From the NCBI GenBank assembly GCA_046483985.1, contig JAWOCD010000084.1, positions 1-64,000 on the forward strand: a DNA stretch of 64,000 nt. Direction: 5' to 3'. The notes below the pieces were generated by a model, which worked only from the letters and a program-made list of their open reading frames with translations, was not told where the DNA came from and did no database searches. Within the stretch, counting starts at the first letter, position 1; every line of letters begins with the position of its first letter. The stretch comes from Promethearchaeia archaeon. GTDB taxonomy: Archaea > Asgardarchaeota > Lokiarchaeia > Sigyniarchaeales > SOKP01. Below are positions 49,104 to 59,905 of this stretch, piece after piece. The position numbers were made by a program, and so were the translations under genes.

Positions 49104-49260
49104 ATAATCACCAAGAGGATATTATTTAGAATCTATACTAAAATCATCTTTTCTATAATATTAAATATTATCATACCATTTGAATGTTAAATCAAAATAT
49201 CTTGAATAAATTTTCGATTAGAATTATTCTAACGAAAGGACGCTTTTTTAGAAAGAAGTT

Positions 49261-49548
49261 CTATAAACCAAAATGCAATAAAAAGAAGTGAAGACTAAAC
49301 CCAAGAAATATTGAGGCGATAGTTATACTAAGAACAGAAAGCTTAATTGAGATTTCCCTTCCATATTTTGTATAAAGTACCAAAACAGTTAATGCAATAA
49401 TGCCAATTACTAAAAAGATCCATGCAAATACATACAATACCAGATTTGGACCTTGAAATGCCTCTTCTGGGGGAGCCTCTTGATTATCTCCTCCAAATTG
49501 ACAAGGGACAATGACATTTAATAACCACATGAAGACCGCTAAGAACAT
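49261..49548 (-). CDS. OST5/TMEM258-like small membrane protein
   Basis: TKYGREI..IASIFLGFSLHFFLLHFG resembles TMEM258 TKYTRDI..VASLFMGFGVLFLLLWVG (recalled sequence). Confidence 0.65.
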   Translation of the reverse strand: MFLAVFMWLLNVIVPCQFGGDNQEAPPEEAFQGPNLVLYVFAWIFLVIGIIALTVLVLYTKYGREISIKLSVLSITIASIFLGFSLHFFLLHFGL

Positions 49549-49718
49549 GTTAGATTTGAATATGTTTTATTTTTTTTTAAGTTTATCCATTTTATGGAAG
49601 TTTACATCCAAGTTCAAACCCATTTAAATACATTTATAGGATAAAATTTAAAGATATGAATATTTAGAATAATTATAGACTTAACTAAATTAAATATAGA
49701 AATTAAATTTGAATAACA

Positions 49719-50498
49719 ATGCATTTTCTAAAAAAATTAGTCAACAATCCAAATCTTGAAAATCCGGCAAAGGAACACATGGATATTCATCGTCACTTTT
49801 ATCGATACTCCCGTGGAGAATTTATTGGGCCTGCCTTTTATATTTGGAGAACAAGTACCCGGATAAGATTAAAGGGAAGTTATGAATATGAGGATCTATT
49901 GCAAGAATTAGTCGCTAAAACTTTACCCGATGGGGAAGAAGTTGAAATAGAAGGTACAGTCTATGCTGCTAAAGATTTAAGTGAATTATTGCATGAATTA
50001 GGTTTTGAATGGGATATGTATAAATCGAGCGGAAAAGCAAAGAATTATAAAGCAAAATTTGAAGATGAAGGCGTAAAACAGCAGATTTTGAACGCGATTA
50101 AAAGCCTTAGAGATGTAAGCTATTTCCTGCTATCATTCAAGGCAGATAAGTTATGTGAAGTCGATACCAATAAGAGGTTACCACAACCTTCAAAGAAGAA
50201 ACCTGCAGATGATGATATCAACAAGAGATTAAAGTTTTGTAATGGCACGATTGATAATACCGATAGAAATGCTGAAATGGCGATTGACATGGCATTATCA
50301 GACTTCAAAGATGACATCCCAGAGGATTGGAGTAAGATTATTTTAACAAATACTTATGAAATAAATAAGATAAAAATCCCGAAGGATGTGGAAAGCTCAC
50401 GAATGATGAGAATAATGGCAATTCGAGAGGGAGTTTTAACGAGAAATGCAGATATCGACGGAAATGTTATTCAAAAACAATACAATATTGTTGTTTAA
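49719..50498 (+). CDS. Hypothetical protein (259 aa)
   Basis: Long ORF; HRHFYRYSRGEF looks like a conserved archaeal motif. Confidence 0.75.
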   Translation: MHFLKKLVNNPNLENPAKEHMDIHRHFYRYSRGEFIGPAFYIWRTSTRIRLKGSYEYEDLLQELVAKTLPDGEEVEIEGTVYAAKDLSELLHELGFEWDMYKSSGKAKNYKAKFEDEGVKQQILNAIKSLRDVSYFLLSFKADKLCEVDTNKRLPQPSKKKPADDDINKRLKFCNGTIDNTDRNAEMAIDMALSDFKDDIPEDWSKIILTNTYEINKIKIPKDVESSRMMRIMAIREGVLTRNADIDGNVIQKQYNIVV

Positions 50499-50600
50499 TT
50501 TTATTTATATTTTTTTAAATCGTTTATTTTAAAAATTATAATTTAATTATTTATATATATATTATTTAAGGGGATCGTAATTAACAAATTAAACAGTTTA

Positions 50601-51164
50601 TTGAAAAGCTTTCTTTATATTGTCGGAGATGAGATTGCAATAGAAGTGGGGAAAGAACTTGTCAAGGCGGAAAACGAGGATATAACAGATGAAGAAATTA
50701 CTGAAAATATTAAAGATAGAATTGCTGATAAGGGCATTGATTATGAACCAGATGAAGAGGAAATTCTTAAATTAAATACCGTCCGAAAAACCTTATACAA
50801 ATTATATGACGAAAACCTTGCGCAATTCCGTCGAATTCGGGATAAATCAACTGGTTGGTTTATTTATTATTGGTGGCATGAATTTGATTTATTGGAAGAA
50901 ATTCTATTTGATAAGAAGAAATTAGTGTTAAGGAAATTGAGAGATAGGCTCCGTTCGGAAGAAAACAACTATTTTTTCGTATGTCAGGAGTGTAAAAAAG
51001 ATAATCCAGCAGTTCAAAAATATAAGTTTGAGGAGGCATTTGATCTTCAATTTAAATGTCCAGAGTGCGGATCAAAGTTAGAAGCGGAAGATAATGAAGA
51101 TATCATTCAATTTTTAAAAGAACAAATTGTATTTATCGAAAAAGCTGATATCACAACCAAGTGA
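50601..51164 (+). CDS. tfe: Transcription factor E alpha
   Basis: TDEEI, LNTVRKTLYKL, GWFIYYW, zinc ribbon FKCPECG; possible ATT start at 50580. Confidence 0.93.
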   Translation: MKSFLYIVGDEIAIEVGKELVKAENEDITDEEITENIKDRIADKGIDYEPDEEEILKLNTVRKTLYKLYDENLAQFRRIRDKSTGWFIYYWWHEFDLLEEILFDKKKLVLRKLRDRLRSEENNYFFVCQECKKDNPAVQKYKFEEAFDLQFKCPECGSKLEAEDNEDIIQFLKEQIVFIEKADITTK

Positions 51165-51168
51165 TGTA

Positions 51169-51744
51169 TTATCCTTCTTCTTTTTCTTTCTTCTTGATAA
51201 AGGCAATATCTCCCAGTGATTGACCGTTTCCTCGTTTAAGAAACTTTTTTCGTTGACTAGCCGTCAAGTTGACATTTGTGTCCTTTTTTTGGAGCAATCG
51301 TACATTATATGTATCTTGGATTTTTTTCGCTAACTGTATGGTAGGTTTCATTCGATTTGCCTCCATTCTTCTTATGAGTGATGGTTTTTCATTTAATTTT
51401 TTAGCAAATTTCTCTTGATCAAGATTTTTCGAATTCCGTACTTTTCTTATTTTTTTAGCATAATTAGGTACAACTTCCAAATTTTTTAATGTATTTGAAC
51501 GAGATCTTCTCTTTTTTTTTGCAGATTTTTTATATGTTTTTCGTTTTGAACGGGTTCTCCTTTGTTTTTTTCTGAGTTGCTGTTTTAACTTATTTTTTGC
51601 AGGTGCTTTGTTTCCTTTCTGGGCACAGCTTGAACAAACTCTAATACGTGCCCCTTCAATCATTATTTCTTCTCCGCCTCCCCAGATGACCCCATCACAA
51701 ATTGGACATTTTTTCTCCTCTTCTTCAAAAAATCCTCGCGGCAT
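51169..51744 (-). CDS. mbf1: Archaeal multiprotein bridging factor 1
   Basis: CPIC..IEGA..VCSSC, HTH QEKFAKKLNEK, SLGD. Confidence 0.9.
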   Translation of the reverse strand: MPRGFFEEEEKKCPICDGVIWGGGEEIMIEGARIRVCSSCAQKGNKAPAKNKLKQQLRKKQRRTRSKRKTYKKSAKKKRRSRSNTLKNLEVVPNYAKKIRKVRNSKNLDQEKFAKKLNEKPSLIRRMEANRMKPTIQLAKKIQDTYNVRLLQKKDTNVNLTASQRKKFLKRGNGQSLGDIAFIKKKEKEEG

Positions 51745-51994
51745 TTTTTAACCTCTTTCCTAAATTTTTTAGAATTAATAATTATTTTGTAGCTCTTCAA
51801 GATCTTTTATATAATATAATGTATAAAATTTTTTATGAAGTGTTTTTTATTTAAAGCAAGGAATTATATATATGAGTAAAAAAATAAATTTATATGAGTA
51901 AAATTCGTTATAAAGTTATGAGCTAAGTATGTAATCTTCTAAAAAAATATAATTTTAAATCAAAAATGGGAATTATAATAGAGGAATTATCCTT

Positions 51995-53209
51995 ATGACT
52001 ACGATAAAAGATAAGAAAAAGAAAAAAGAAGAAGGAAAAGATGGCGAGTATTTAATCACCTATACCAGACATTTGGAAAAAAGATTAAGAAATTTAGAAA
52101 CCGAAAAACAACTTTTAGATGCTGAACGGTTACGACTGGAACAGGAACTTCATAGTTTAAGAAACGAAATTGATAGACTCCGAGAGCCCCCCTTAGTTTC
52201 TGCCACAGTCATTGATATTTTAGATGAAAAAAAAGGGAAAGCCATTGTTAAGAGTAGTACTGGTCCTAGTTTTGTGGTAAACGTATCCAGAAAGGTAAAA
52301 GATCAAAAGATTAAATCTGGAATGCGAGTAGCATTGAATCAGAGAACCTTCGCGATTATGGAAACTCTTCCAACAAAGCTTGACCCGTTTGTAAAAGGCA
52401 TGGAAGTAATTGATGAAATTCCCGAAACTTCCTATGAAGATGTAGGAGGATTAGAGGAGCAGATGTTAGAGACTAGAGAAACGGTAGAACTTCCTCTATT
52501 GAAACCAGAGCTATTTAAAAAAGTGGGAATTGAACCCCCCAAAGGAATTTTATTACACGGAGCTCCGGGAACGGGGAAGACACTGTTAGCAAAAGCTGTC
52601 GCTCATGAATCGAAAGCAACTTTTATCAGGATTATTGGTTCTGAGTTGGTCCAGAAATTTATTGGAGAAGGAGCCCGTTTAGTTCGAGAGATTTTTAGTT
52701 TAGCAAAAGATAAAGCGCCCTCTATCTTGTTTATTGACGAGTTAGATGCCATTGGATCGCAACGGTTAAAGATTGCCACATCTGGGGATAGAGAGGTTCA
52801 GAGGACGCTCATGCAATTGTTAAGTGAATTGGATGGTTTTGAAAATAGAGGAAATGTAAAAGTAATCGGCGCAACAAATAGAGTTGATATTTTAGATCCC
52901 GCCTTGTTAAGGCCTGGTCGATTTGACAGGTTAATTGAATTTCCAATTCCTAATGAAGATGCACGGAAGGAAATTTTCAAAATTCATACCCGTGATCTCA
53001 ACATTTCAGAGGAATTGAACCTCACTCATCTGACCAAAATTAGCGAGGGCGCGACAGGTGCAGATATTAAAGCCATATGTACCGAAGCAGGGATGTTCGC
53101 AATTCGAGAAGATTCGGAGAATGTAACTCAAAACCACCTAGAGCGAGCTATTGAGAAAATTATGAATAAAACAAAAAATCAAACACTGAATTCGGAGCTT
53201 TATACATAA
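51995..53209 (+). CDS. pan: Proteasome-activating nucleotidase
   Basis: Coiled coil + OB fold, [14 protein letters not shown]-terminal HbYX (LYT). Confidence 0.96.
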   Translation: MTTIKDKKKKKEEGKDGEYLITYTRHLEKRLRNLETEKQLLDAERLRLEQELHSLRNEIDRLREPPLVSATVIDILDEKKGKAIVKSSTGPSFVVNVSRKVKDQKIKSGMRVALNQRTFAIMETLPTKLDPFVKGMEVIDEIPETSYEDVGGLEEQMLETRETVELPLLKPELFKKVGIEPPKGILLHGAPGTGKTLLAKAVAHESKATFIRIIGSELVQKFIGEGARLVREIFSLAKDKAPSILFIDELDAIGSQRLKIATSGDREVQRTLMQLLSELDGFENRGNVKVIGATNRVDILDPALLRPGRFDRLIEFPIPNEDARKEIFKIHTRDLNISEELNLTHLTKISEGATGADIKAICTEAGMFAIREDSENVTQNHLERAIEKIMNKTKNQTLNSELYT

Positions 53210-53272
53210 AATTTTTTTAAAAGATTTTATTCTTCCTTATTCTATATTATAAAGCCTTTTTATCTGATTTTA

Positions 53273-53752
53273 ATGTCTTTAAGAAAAAATCTTGATTTTA
53301 GAAAAGTTAAAGGAATTTCGGATTATCAATTTGGCGTAGATATAACAGATATTTTATTTGCGACCGAGGAGGATATTTCATTTAAGCATTCAAAAAACAC
53401 GGATAAACTTAAATATGTATACAAGCAAGATAAATTTTTCCTTTCTTTAAGACCCACAAATGGATACTTGACTCTGAGTTTTCCTGCAGCACAGAAAATA
53501 TTGGATAAGACATCTAAACCCAGAATGAGGGTTATTGTCCTAAATGAAATCTCTGAATATATTAGGGAAGGACGGAATGTTTTTTGCAAGCATGTAGTTG
53601 ATCTTGACGAACGGTTACGACCCATGGACGAAACAATCGTGGTAAACGAAGATGATGATTTACTCGCGATTGGTCGTCTTACTCAATCTACAGATTCGGT
53701 GAGGGCATTTACACGGGGGGTAGGGGTAAATGTCAGAAAAGGAAATCATTAG
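53273..53752 (+). CDS. PUA-domain protein (archaeosine TGT C-terminal-like)
   Basis: DYQFG, GRNVFCKHV, VNVRKG. Confidence 0.85.
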   Translation: MSLRKNLDFRKVKGISDYQFGVDITDILFATEEDISFKHSKNTDKLKYVYKQDKFFLSLRPTNGYLTLSFPAAQKILDKTSKPRMRVIVLNEISEYIREGRNVFCKHVVDLDERLRPMDETIVVNEDDDLLAIGRLTQSTDSVRAFTRGVGVNVRKGNH

Positions 53753-53826
53753 TTAAAAAATTAAAAATTTCAATAAATTAAATTAAATATAATAGATTAG
53801 ATTAGGATAAGTGAAGTGATTATTAA

Positions 53827-54306
53827 ATGGTTAAGTTACCTAAAGAAATAAAGAAAAAACAGAAAAAGAAACCTCGCCGTAGAACCCCCGTAAAAAAAAG
53901 TAAAAGCGCCTCGAAATTTGGATCTCGGGAGATGAGACGAAAGATGCAAAAAAAAGGGATTGACATGGATCAAGTTGACGCAACAAGAGTACTTATCGAA
54001 GGAGATGAAAAAACTTTAGTAATAAACCAACCAGAAGTTGTATTAATGAAACAAGGAGGGCAAGAAATATATCAAGTGATCGGAGATGCAGAAGAATACA
54101 ATCCGGAAGAAATCAATGTAAAAGAAGGAGAAGGTATGAAGGAAGAAGAGATGATTGAAGAAGACGTGAAACCCGAGATCACGGAAAATGATATAATGTT
54201 AGTCGCATCTCAAACAAATGCAAGTAAAGAAGAAGCGGAGGCTGCATTAAAAGGGGCTGATGGGGATATTGCACAAGCAATTATCAATTTAAAAAACCGT
54301 CCCTAA
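53827..54306 (+). CDS. nac: Nascent polypeptide-associated complex protein
   Basis: MQKKGID, YQVIG, UBA-like DIMLVASQ..GDIAQAI. Confidence 0.92.
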   Translation: MVKLPKEIKKKQKKKPRRRTPVKKSKSASKFGSREMRRKMQKKGIDMDQVDATRVLIEGDEKTLVINQPEVVLMKQGGQEIYQVIGDAEEYNPEEINVKEGEGMKEEEMIEEDVKPEITENDIMLVASQTNASKEEAEAALKGADGDIAQAIINLKNRP

Positions 54307-54400
54307 ACCCTTTAAATTTTTAAAAGAAAAATAAAAACAAAAAAATAAGAATAATCTCAAATTCAGAGTATTATATTTAAGAGAGATTAAGGTAAGAAAT

Positions 54401-54760
54401 ATGTCAAAGAAAAAGAAAAAACGAGCGGCAGGTACTGTATCTAAGGAAATTTCGGAAAAAGATATTGAATTTGAAATGATCTTGCAATTTGCTGGTTGGA
54501 TCTGTCTTATTGCTCTTGTTGGTTTTTTAGGTGTATGGGGGCTTTTTGATTATATTCTCGAGATAATCGAGATTGAACTCAATAATATAATATATGCGTA
54601 TCTTTTGTTTACTGGCACCTCGTGTGCATTTTGTTTCGCATTGGAAACTAAAGTTAAAAAGGAACGAGATAAAAAAAAGCAATTTTTTGTTGATTGGATG
54701 ATCACAGAATTTTTTCTATGCATGTTTGCGATATTTTCCGTAGCAGTCTATCAATGGTAA
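54401..54760 (+). CDS. Hypothetical membrane protein (~3 TM)
   Basis: Hydrophobic 119-aa ORF. Confidence 0.7.
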   Translation: MSKKKKKRAAGTVSKEISEKDIEFEMILQFAGWICLIALVGFLGVWGLFDYILEIIEIELNNIIYAYLLFTGTSCAFCFALETKVKKERDKKKQFFVDWMITEFFLCMFAIFSVAVYQW

Positions 54761-54792
54761 GAGAAAATGGGCATTTGGTCTTTCTTCTGATT

Positions 54793-55139
54793 TTATAATT
54801 TATAATCTTCCCTGGCAGGGAAAATACCTCGATCACTTCAGAATCTTCTAGAATATTAGCTGTGTGTTTCTTATAGGAGTCAAACACATAGATATCGCCT
54901 TCAGTAGCAATAAAATTATTCTCATCATTCTCAGTAATGAATTCAATGTTTCCCTTAATCGTATATCCAATTTGAAGGGATTCATGATCATGTAATGGAA
55001 TTTTTGCCCTCTTCTCAAGTTTAAAGAATCACATCATTAAATCATCATTATAGCTTAACGGTTTTCTATAGATACATGGTAAAGGATTAAGAAAATCCAT
55101 TGATTCTTAATTAGATGGATTTTTATTTTTATCAGACAT
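54793..55139 (-). pseudogene. Cupin-domain pseudogene
   Basis: IPLHDH..QIGY..KG..H..VFS motifs; internal TAA, TGA at 55029-31, 1-nt frameshift before AREDY. Confidence 0.8.
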
Positions 55140-55556
55140 CTTTTTCTTGTTTTTATTTTTATATCTTCAAATCATTTCTATTTTAATAATTTACCATAGT
55201 AGGTGATAGCAAAAATGCATTATGATGGGGCGACACAAAGATTTAAGCGGTTAAACGTTAAATCTACACAGTCTTATGACTATTATATTAGAAATGTATT
55301 AATCTTAAATAAAAGTAGTATCAACCAGAATTGGTGAGCATATCAATATATTAAGATTAAATTTTATTAACAACAATATCTTAATATCTAGTTAGAAAGT
55401 TTATTAAGAGTTAAACAATGTGGATAACTTGACCTCATAAATTACACCAAACTATATGAGCGTTAAGGATGCCGACAAAAATGAATTTGCTATTAACAGA
55501 ATAACAAATGATAATAAAAAATACCTTAAAATATAATTAGTTAAAGAGGAGATTTT

Positions 55557-57692
55557 ATGGTTTTAGAACCAAACTTAGAAATTAGTCAAGAAAAAAAAAA
55601 TGAAAAAATAAGAAGTAAATATCTTAAAAATTTACTTCCTCGAGTTTTTCGGACAGAAGGGGACGTAGTAAAATTTGATCCCCTTCAAATTGAACAAAGT
55701 ATCGTCGCAGAAACAGAATTAGGGAGAGAAACTGCCCAAGAAATTACCGAAATTGTTGTAAGACGGATAATTTCCTCCGGCATTAAATTTCTCTCGGGTC
55801 CGCATATAAGAGAAATTGTATGTTCTGTCTTATCCGAGCAGCACTATGAAGATCAGAGAAAGTTATATACAAGAATAGGAATGCCTTTAATGGATTATGA
55901 AGCAATTTTAGAAAATGGGGTAAATGAGAATGCAAATCAAGATATGAACCCCGAGAGTATCCATCATTGGGCTGCAAATCGAATCTCTGAGGAATATGCA
56001 CTATTACGTATTTTAGATGCGGAAGAGGCACAAGCCCATTTATATGGGGATATACACGTACATATGCTTCGTTATTTTGATTTAAGACCATTCTGCCAAG
56101 AGTGGGATCCTCGAATGATTTTAGAGAACGGATTACCGCCCGTTGACAGTTGGGCACATTGTAATAAATCCGGTCCAGCTGGCAGTTTACGGGTTGCTGT
56201 AACACACCTTGCCAAATGGCTCGGAATTATACAAGGAGAATTTAGTGGAGGACAAGGATATGATTACATTACTACATTTCTGGCTCCATACGCCCGTGGT
56301 TTATCTCAAAAAGAAATAGAACAATCAATGCAATGCTTTATTTTTGAGACTAATCAAATTTTTGCAGCACGAGGGGGACAAGTCCCTTTCACCTCCATCT
56401 CGTGTACTCCTACAATTCCTAAAGGGTTAAAGGATGTTCCGGCAGTAGGCCCTTATGGAAAGATCAAGGGGACCTATGGAGATTATAAGGAGGAATGTCT
56501 CAAGTTATTTAATGCTCTAACTGATGTTTATATAGAAGGAGATCATAATGGAAAATTATTTGCCTTTCCAAAACATGAAGTTAAGATTAAAAAAGCATGG
56601 CTTCGAGAATTTGAACCCGCTTATTTGAAAGTGATGGAAGAGGCGGTAAAGATGGGCACCCCTTACTTTCTTAACATGTGTCCCGAATGGATGCCCGACG
56701 AAATTCATAGTCAGTGCTGTCGGAAATTTTTAAAAGGAAATCAAATTGTAAGTAAATGTACTTTAGATCCAGAAAAACGAAAGAAAGAGAATGTATGGGA
56801 TGATTATGTAACAATAGGGTCTCTTCAGAGCGTAAGTCTCAATTTGCCCAGGTATGCCTATATGGCAAAAAATGAAGATAAATATTTTGAAATTTTAGAT
56901 GAGATGATGGAGTTAAGTTCTGGCATTTTATTGAAAAAACGGGAACTTATGGAAAAAAGACTGGAGAGCGGGCACTTACCTTTATGTAGTGGAACTATTG
57001 ATGGAGAACCACTATTCAAATTAGAAGATCAAAACCTCTCAATAGGGTTCACAGGATTAAACGAAGCGGTTAAATATCTAACAGGAGATGAATTACATGA
57101 ATCTGATACTGCATATGGATTAGGGAAAAAAATATTAAATTATATGGTTGGGAAATGTAACAGTATGACGGAGAGAGATGAGATTTCCTACTCTTTATGG
57201 GAACAACCGGCTGAATCGACCGCTAATAGACTTGCTCAATTAGATTTAAAGCATTTTCCAGAACAAGCAATTCCTCAATCCAAGGGAGACTCCGCATATT
57301 ATACTAATTCTGATCATTTCCGTTATGGGGCAGATATTCCGTTATACGATCGGATTAAAAAGCAAGGCGACTTCCATCCAATTGTTAGCGGAGGGGTGAT
57401 CACTCATATCTGGTTAGGAGAACAGAAACCCGATGTTCAAGGTTTATGGGAATTAACGAAAAATGTTTGTCTTAATACCAATACAGCATATTTTGCATAT
57501 ACAACGGACTTTATCTTTTGTCCTTCCTGCAAAAAAATGTTTCGAGGTTCTCAATTTCACTGTCCCCAATGTAATTCTGAAGATGTTAAAGTATATTCCC
57601 GAATTACAGGATACTACAGTGAAGTTAATCGGTATAATGATGGAAAACGAGCAGAATGGGAGGCAAGAAAAAGGGACTCGTTACAACCTTGA
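55557..57692 (+). CDS. nrdD: Class III anaerobic ribonucleotide reductase with ATP cone
   Basis: ATP cone, GDIHVH, QCCR, PAES, CPSC..CPQC, SRITGYY. Confidence 0.95.
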   Translation: MVLEPNLEISQEKKNEKIRSKYLKNLLPRVFRTEGDVVKFDPLQIEQSIVAETELGRETAQEITEIVVRRIISSGIKFLSGPHIREIVCSVLSEQHYEDQRKLYTRIGMPLMDYEAILENGVNENANQDMNPESIHHWAANRISEEYALLRILDAEEAQAHLYGDIHVHMLRYFDLRPFCQEWDPRMILENGLPPVDSWAHCNKSGPAGSLRVAVTHLAKWLGIIQGEFSGGQGYDYITTFLAPYARGLSQKEIEQSMQCFIFETNQIFAARGGQVPFTSISCTPTIPKGLKDVPAVGPYGKIKGTYGDYKEECLKLFNALTDVYIEGDHNGKLFAFPKHEVKIKKAWLREFEPAYLKVMEEAVKMGTPYFLNMCPEWMPDEIHSQCCRKFLKGNQIVSKCTLDPEKRKKENVWDDYVTIGSLQSVSLNLPRYAYMAKNEDKYFEILDEMMELSSGILLKKRELMEKRLESGHLPLCSGTIDGEPLFKLEDQNLSIGFTGLNEAVKYLTGDELHESDTAYGLGKKILNYMVGKCNSMTERDEISYSLWEQPAESTANRLAQLDLKHFPEQAIPQSKGDSAYYTNSDHFRYGADIPLYDRIKKQGDFHPIVSGGVITHIWLGEQKPDVQGLWELTKNVCLNTNTAYFAYTTDFIFCPSCKKMFRGSQFHCPQCNSEDVKVYSRITGYYSEVNRYNDGKRAEWEARKRDSLQP

Positions 57693-57776
57693 AATCAAAT
57701 TAGTTTCAAGCTTTTTTATTTTTATTTCTTAGTTTAAAGGGAAAAATTCTTATATTTCTGAGACCATCTTTATTAT

Positions 57777-58094
57777 ATGAAGAAGAATTTTAATCCTTTA
57801 CATAAAATTCAAAAGGAAGTGGACGATTGGATTTCCCAGCATGGAGGATATTGGCCTCCGCTTTCCATGTTAGGATCAATAATGGAAGAAGTGGGAGAAC
57901 TTTCAAGAGAAATTAATCATGCAGAAGGTCATAAACCAAAAAAGTCAAATGAACCTCCCAAAATCGGAGAGGAATTGGCTGATCTATTCTTTTCTCTGAT
58001 TTGTATCGCCAATTACTATGATATTAAGCTGGAGAAAAAGATTAAGGAGGTTATCGGTAAATATACTAGTCGTGATTCAGATAGGTTTAGATAA
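57777..58094 (+). CDS. MazG-like nucleotide pyrophosphohydrolase
   Basis: GGYW, EEVGEL, EELAD, RD..RF. Confidence 0.9.
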   Translation: MKKNFNPLHKIQKEVDDWISQHGGYWPPLSMLGSIMEEVGELSREINHAEGHKPKKSNEPPKIGEELADLFFSLICIANYYDIKLEKKIKEVIGKYTSRDSDRFR

Positions 58095-58113
58095 AAACAT
58101 CAATGGAATAATC

Positions 58114-58611
58114 TTAAGATCCTTGTCGTTTTTTTCGCTTTTCTAATTTTCTTTTAGATCTTTGAACCATTTTAGTGGAACGTAATAAATACCATGCTCC
58201 CTTCTCATAAGTAAGACGCCCGTATATAAACCTACCCAGATTTTGTCCGATAATAAACCAGAAGATGTAGGAAAGATAAATAAATAACGCGAAAACATCC
58301 CAAACAAGCCCACAATAATTCTTTACTGGTAATTCCAGAGGTATTCCTAAGAGCACTCCTGGGGTAAACATCCAATATCTTCCCTCATTAACTCCAGAGG
58401 GCAGATTTATCCAAGGAAAGGGTTTTGAAAAGATTTGAACATTAAAGATGTTATAGAAAATTAAGATATTGAACAAAATAAGGATTGATAAGAAAAAAAC
58501 AGCAAACCAAAATAAAGCCCCCTTATGATTCTTCCTTAGATGATAACTATAGAGGTAAGAATTAAACCAGCCCCCCCAAAAACAAAAGATAAGTCCACCA
58601 ATAAAACTCAT
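58114..58611 (-). CDS. Hypothetical membrane protein
   Basis: Hydrophobic ORF abutting the upstream SDR gene. Confidence 0.7.
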   Translation of the reverse strand: MSFIGGLIFCFWGGWFNSYLYSYHLRKNHKGALFWFAVFFLSILILFNILIFYNIFNVQIFSKPFPWINLPSGVNEGRYWMFTPGVLLGIPLELPVKNYCGLVWDVFALFIYLSYIFWFIIGQNLGRFIYGRLTYEKGAWYLLRSTKMVQRSKRKLEKRKKRQGS

Positions 58612-59769
58612 TTAATACACCTCCATCTGATTCTTTTCTGTAGGAAGCCAGTTATGGGCACAATACCAATCAATTGTTTGTGCAAATCCACTCCATGTAT
58701 CGTATTTAAAGTCATATCCCAAATTTTTTAATTTTTTATTTGAAAATGCATATTGATGCGTAACATATTTTACCATGGGAGAATCAAGAAGCGGGCGGAC
58801 ATCTAACTTCTGTGATTTTTTTGCTCGTAAATCTGCCAGCCAACCGGCCATTTTGGCAAAAATCTTAAAAAGGGGAAACCATAATGGAATAACGGTGGTA
58901 CGAATACTTAATTTCTGATAGATCCATTCAAGCCATTCATCTGTCCAAACCATATCATGAATAATATTATAGGCTTCTCCTATTGCCTCATCCTTATTGG
59001 CAATAAATACGGCGGCTTCTACCAAATCTTCTACATGAATAGATGGAAGCATTAATTTTCTTTTTTTGGGAAAAATTAGAGGCACTATCCCGGTTCCTAT
59101 TACTTTTAACATTAAGAGAATATGATACGTACCATAGGTCTGATAAGGACCGTAAATAGGTGCGGGTCGAATTATGGTTGCTTTGAGGTTATAATCATCC
59201 ATATATCCTTTTAAGAGAATCTCTTGTTCCTTTTTTGAGATGCTATAATTATTTGGGGGGTTGTATGGGGTAGTTTCGTCAGCAGGGATAACATATCCTT
59301 CTGCATCGTAATTATATTCGGGTTCTCCATAAACTCCACAAGTCGACCAATGGATAAAACGTAAACGTTCTAAATCTTGAGTATTGCATACTATTTTAAG
59401 TAAATTTTCTGTGCCATCCACATTTATCTCTCGTAAAATATCCAATTCTGCAAAATAGTCATACAGAGACGCAGGATGAAAAATCGTATCATAACTCCGA
59501 TTTTCAAATAATGGGTTGAGGGTTTCTGGATCCGTTAAATCTGCGGGAATAAAGGTAACCCGAGGATCTTTCAAAATTTCTAACATATAACCGAATTTTT
59601 CGTTAAAAACTTTTTCTTTTGTCATTAGTTTATTTCTACTTTCCAATGGAAGATCGGTCGCAATAATTTCACAGTTTTGATAACGGCTTAGTAGGGCTTT
59701 TATTAAAAACGTGCCAGTATGACCTTTTGCTCCATCTACTAAAAATAGTCTTGAATTTTCATTAGACAT
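58612..59769 (-). CDS. Extended SDR (NAD-dependent epimerase / 3-beta-HSD-like)
   Basis: GAKGHTG, HPAS, YSISK, RPAPIYGP. Confidence 0.88.
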   Translation of the reverse strand: MSNENSRLFLVDGAKGHTGTFLIKALLSRYQNCEIIATDLPLESRNKLMTKEKVFNEKFGYMLEILKDPRVTFIPADLTDPETLNPLFENRSYDTIFHPASLYDYFAELDILREINVDGTENLLKIVCNTQDLERLRFIHWSTCGVYGEPEYNYDAEGYVIPADETTPYNPPNNYSISKKEQEILLKGYMDDYNLKATIIRPAPIYGPYQTYGTYHILLMLKVIGTGIVPLIFPKKRKLMLPSIHVEDLVEAAVFIANKDEAIGEAYNIIHDMVWTDEWLEWIYQKLSIRTTVIPLWFPLFKIFAKMAGWLADLRAKKSQKLDVRPLLDSPMVKYVTHQYAFSNKKLKNLGYDFKYDTWSGFAQTIDWYCAHNWLPTEKNQMEVY

Positions 59770-59905
59770 TTTAGAATTTAAGATTTATATTCAAAATTAA
59801 TAAATTTTTATTCAAATTCGTTTATAAAATTTTAAAATTATAAAATACTTACAAATTGGAATAGAATTTTTTTAATTGTTTTAATAATATCGGAAACTGA
59901 AATTT

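Noticed and set aside
55029-55031. Selenocysteine UGA in the cupin gene
   Set aside because: The gene also has a TAA and a frameshift, so it is a pseudogene
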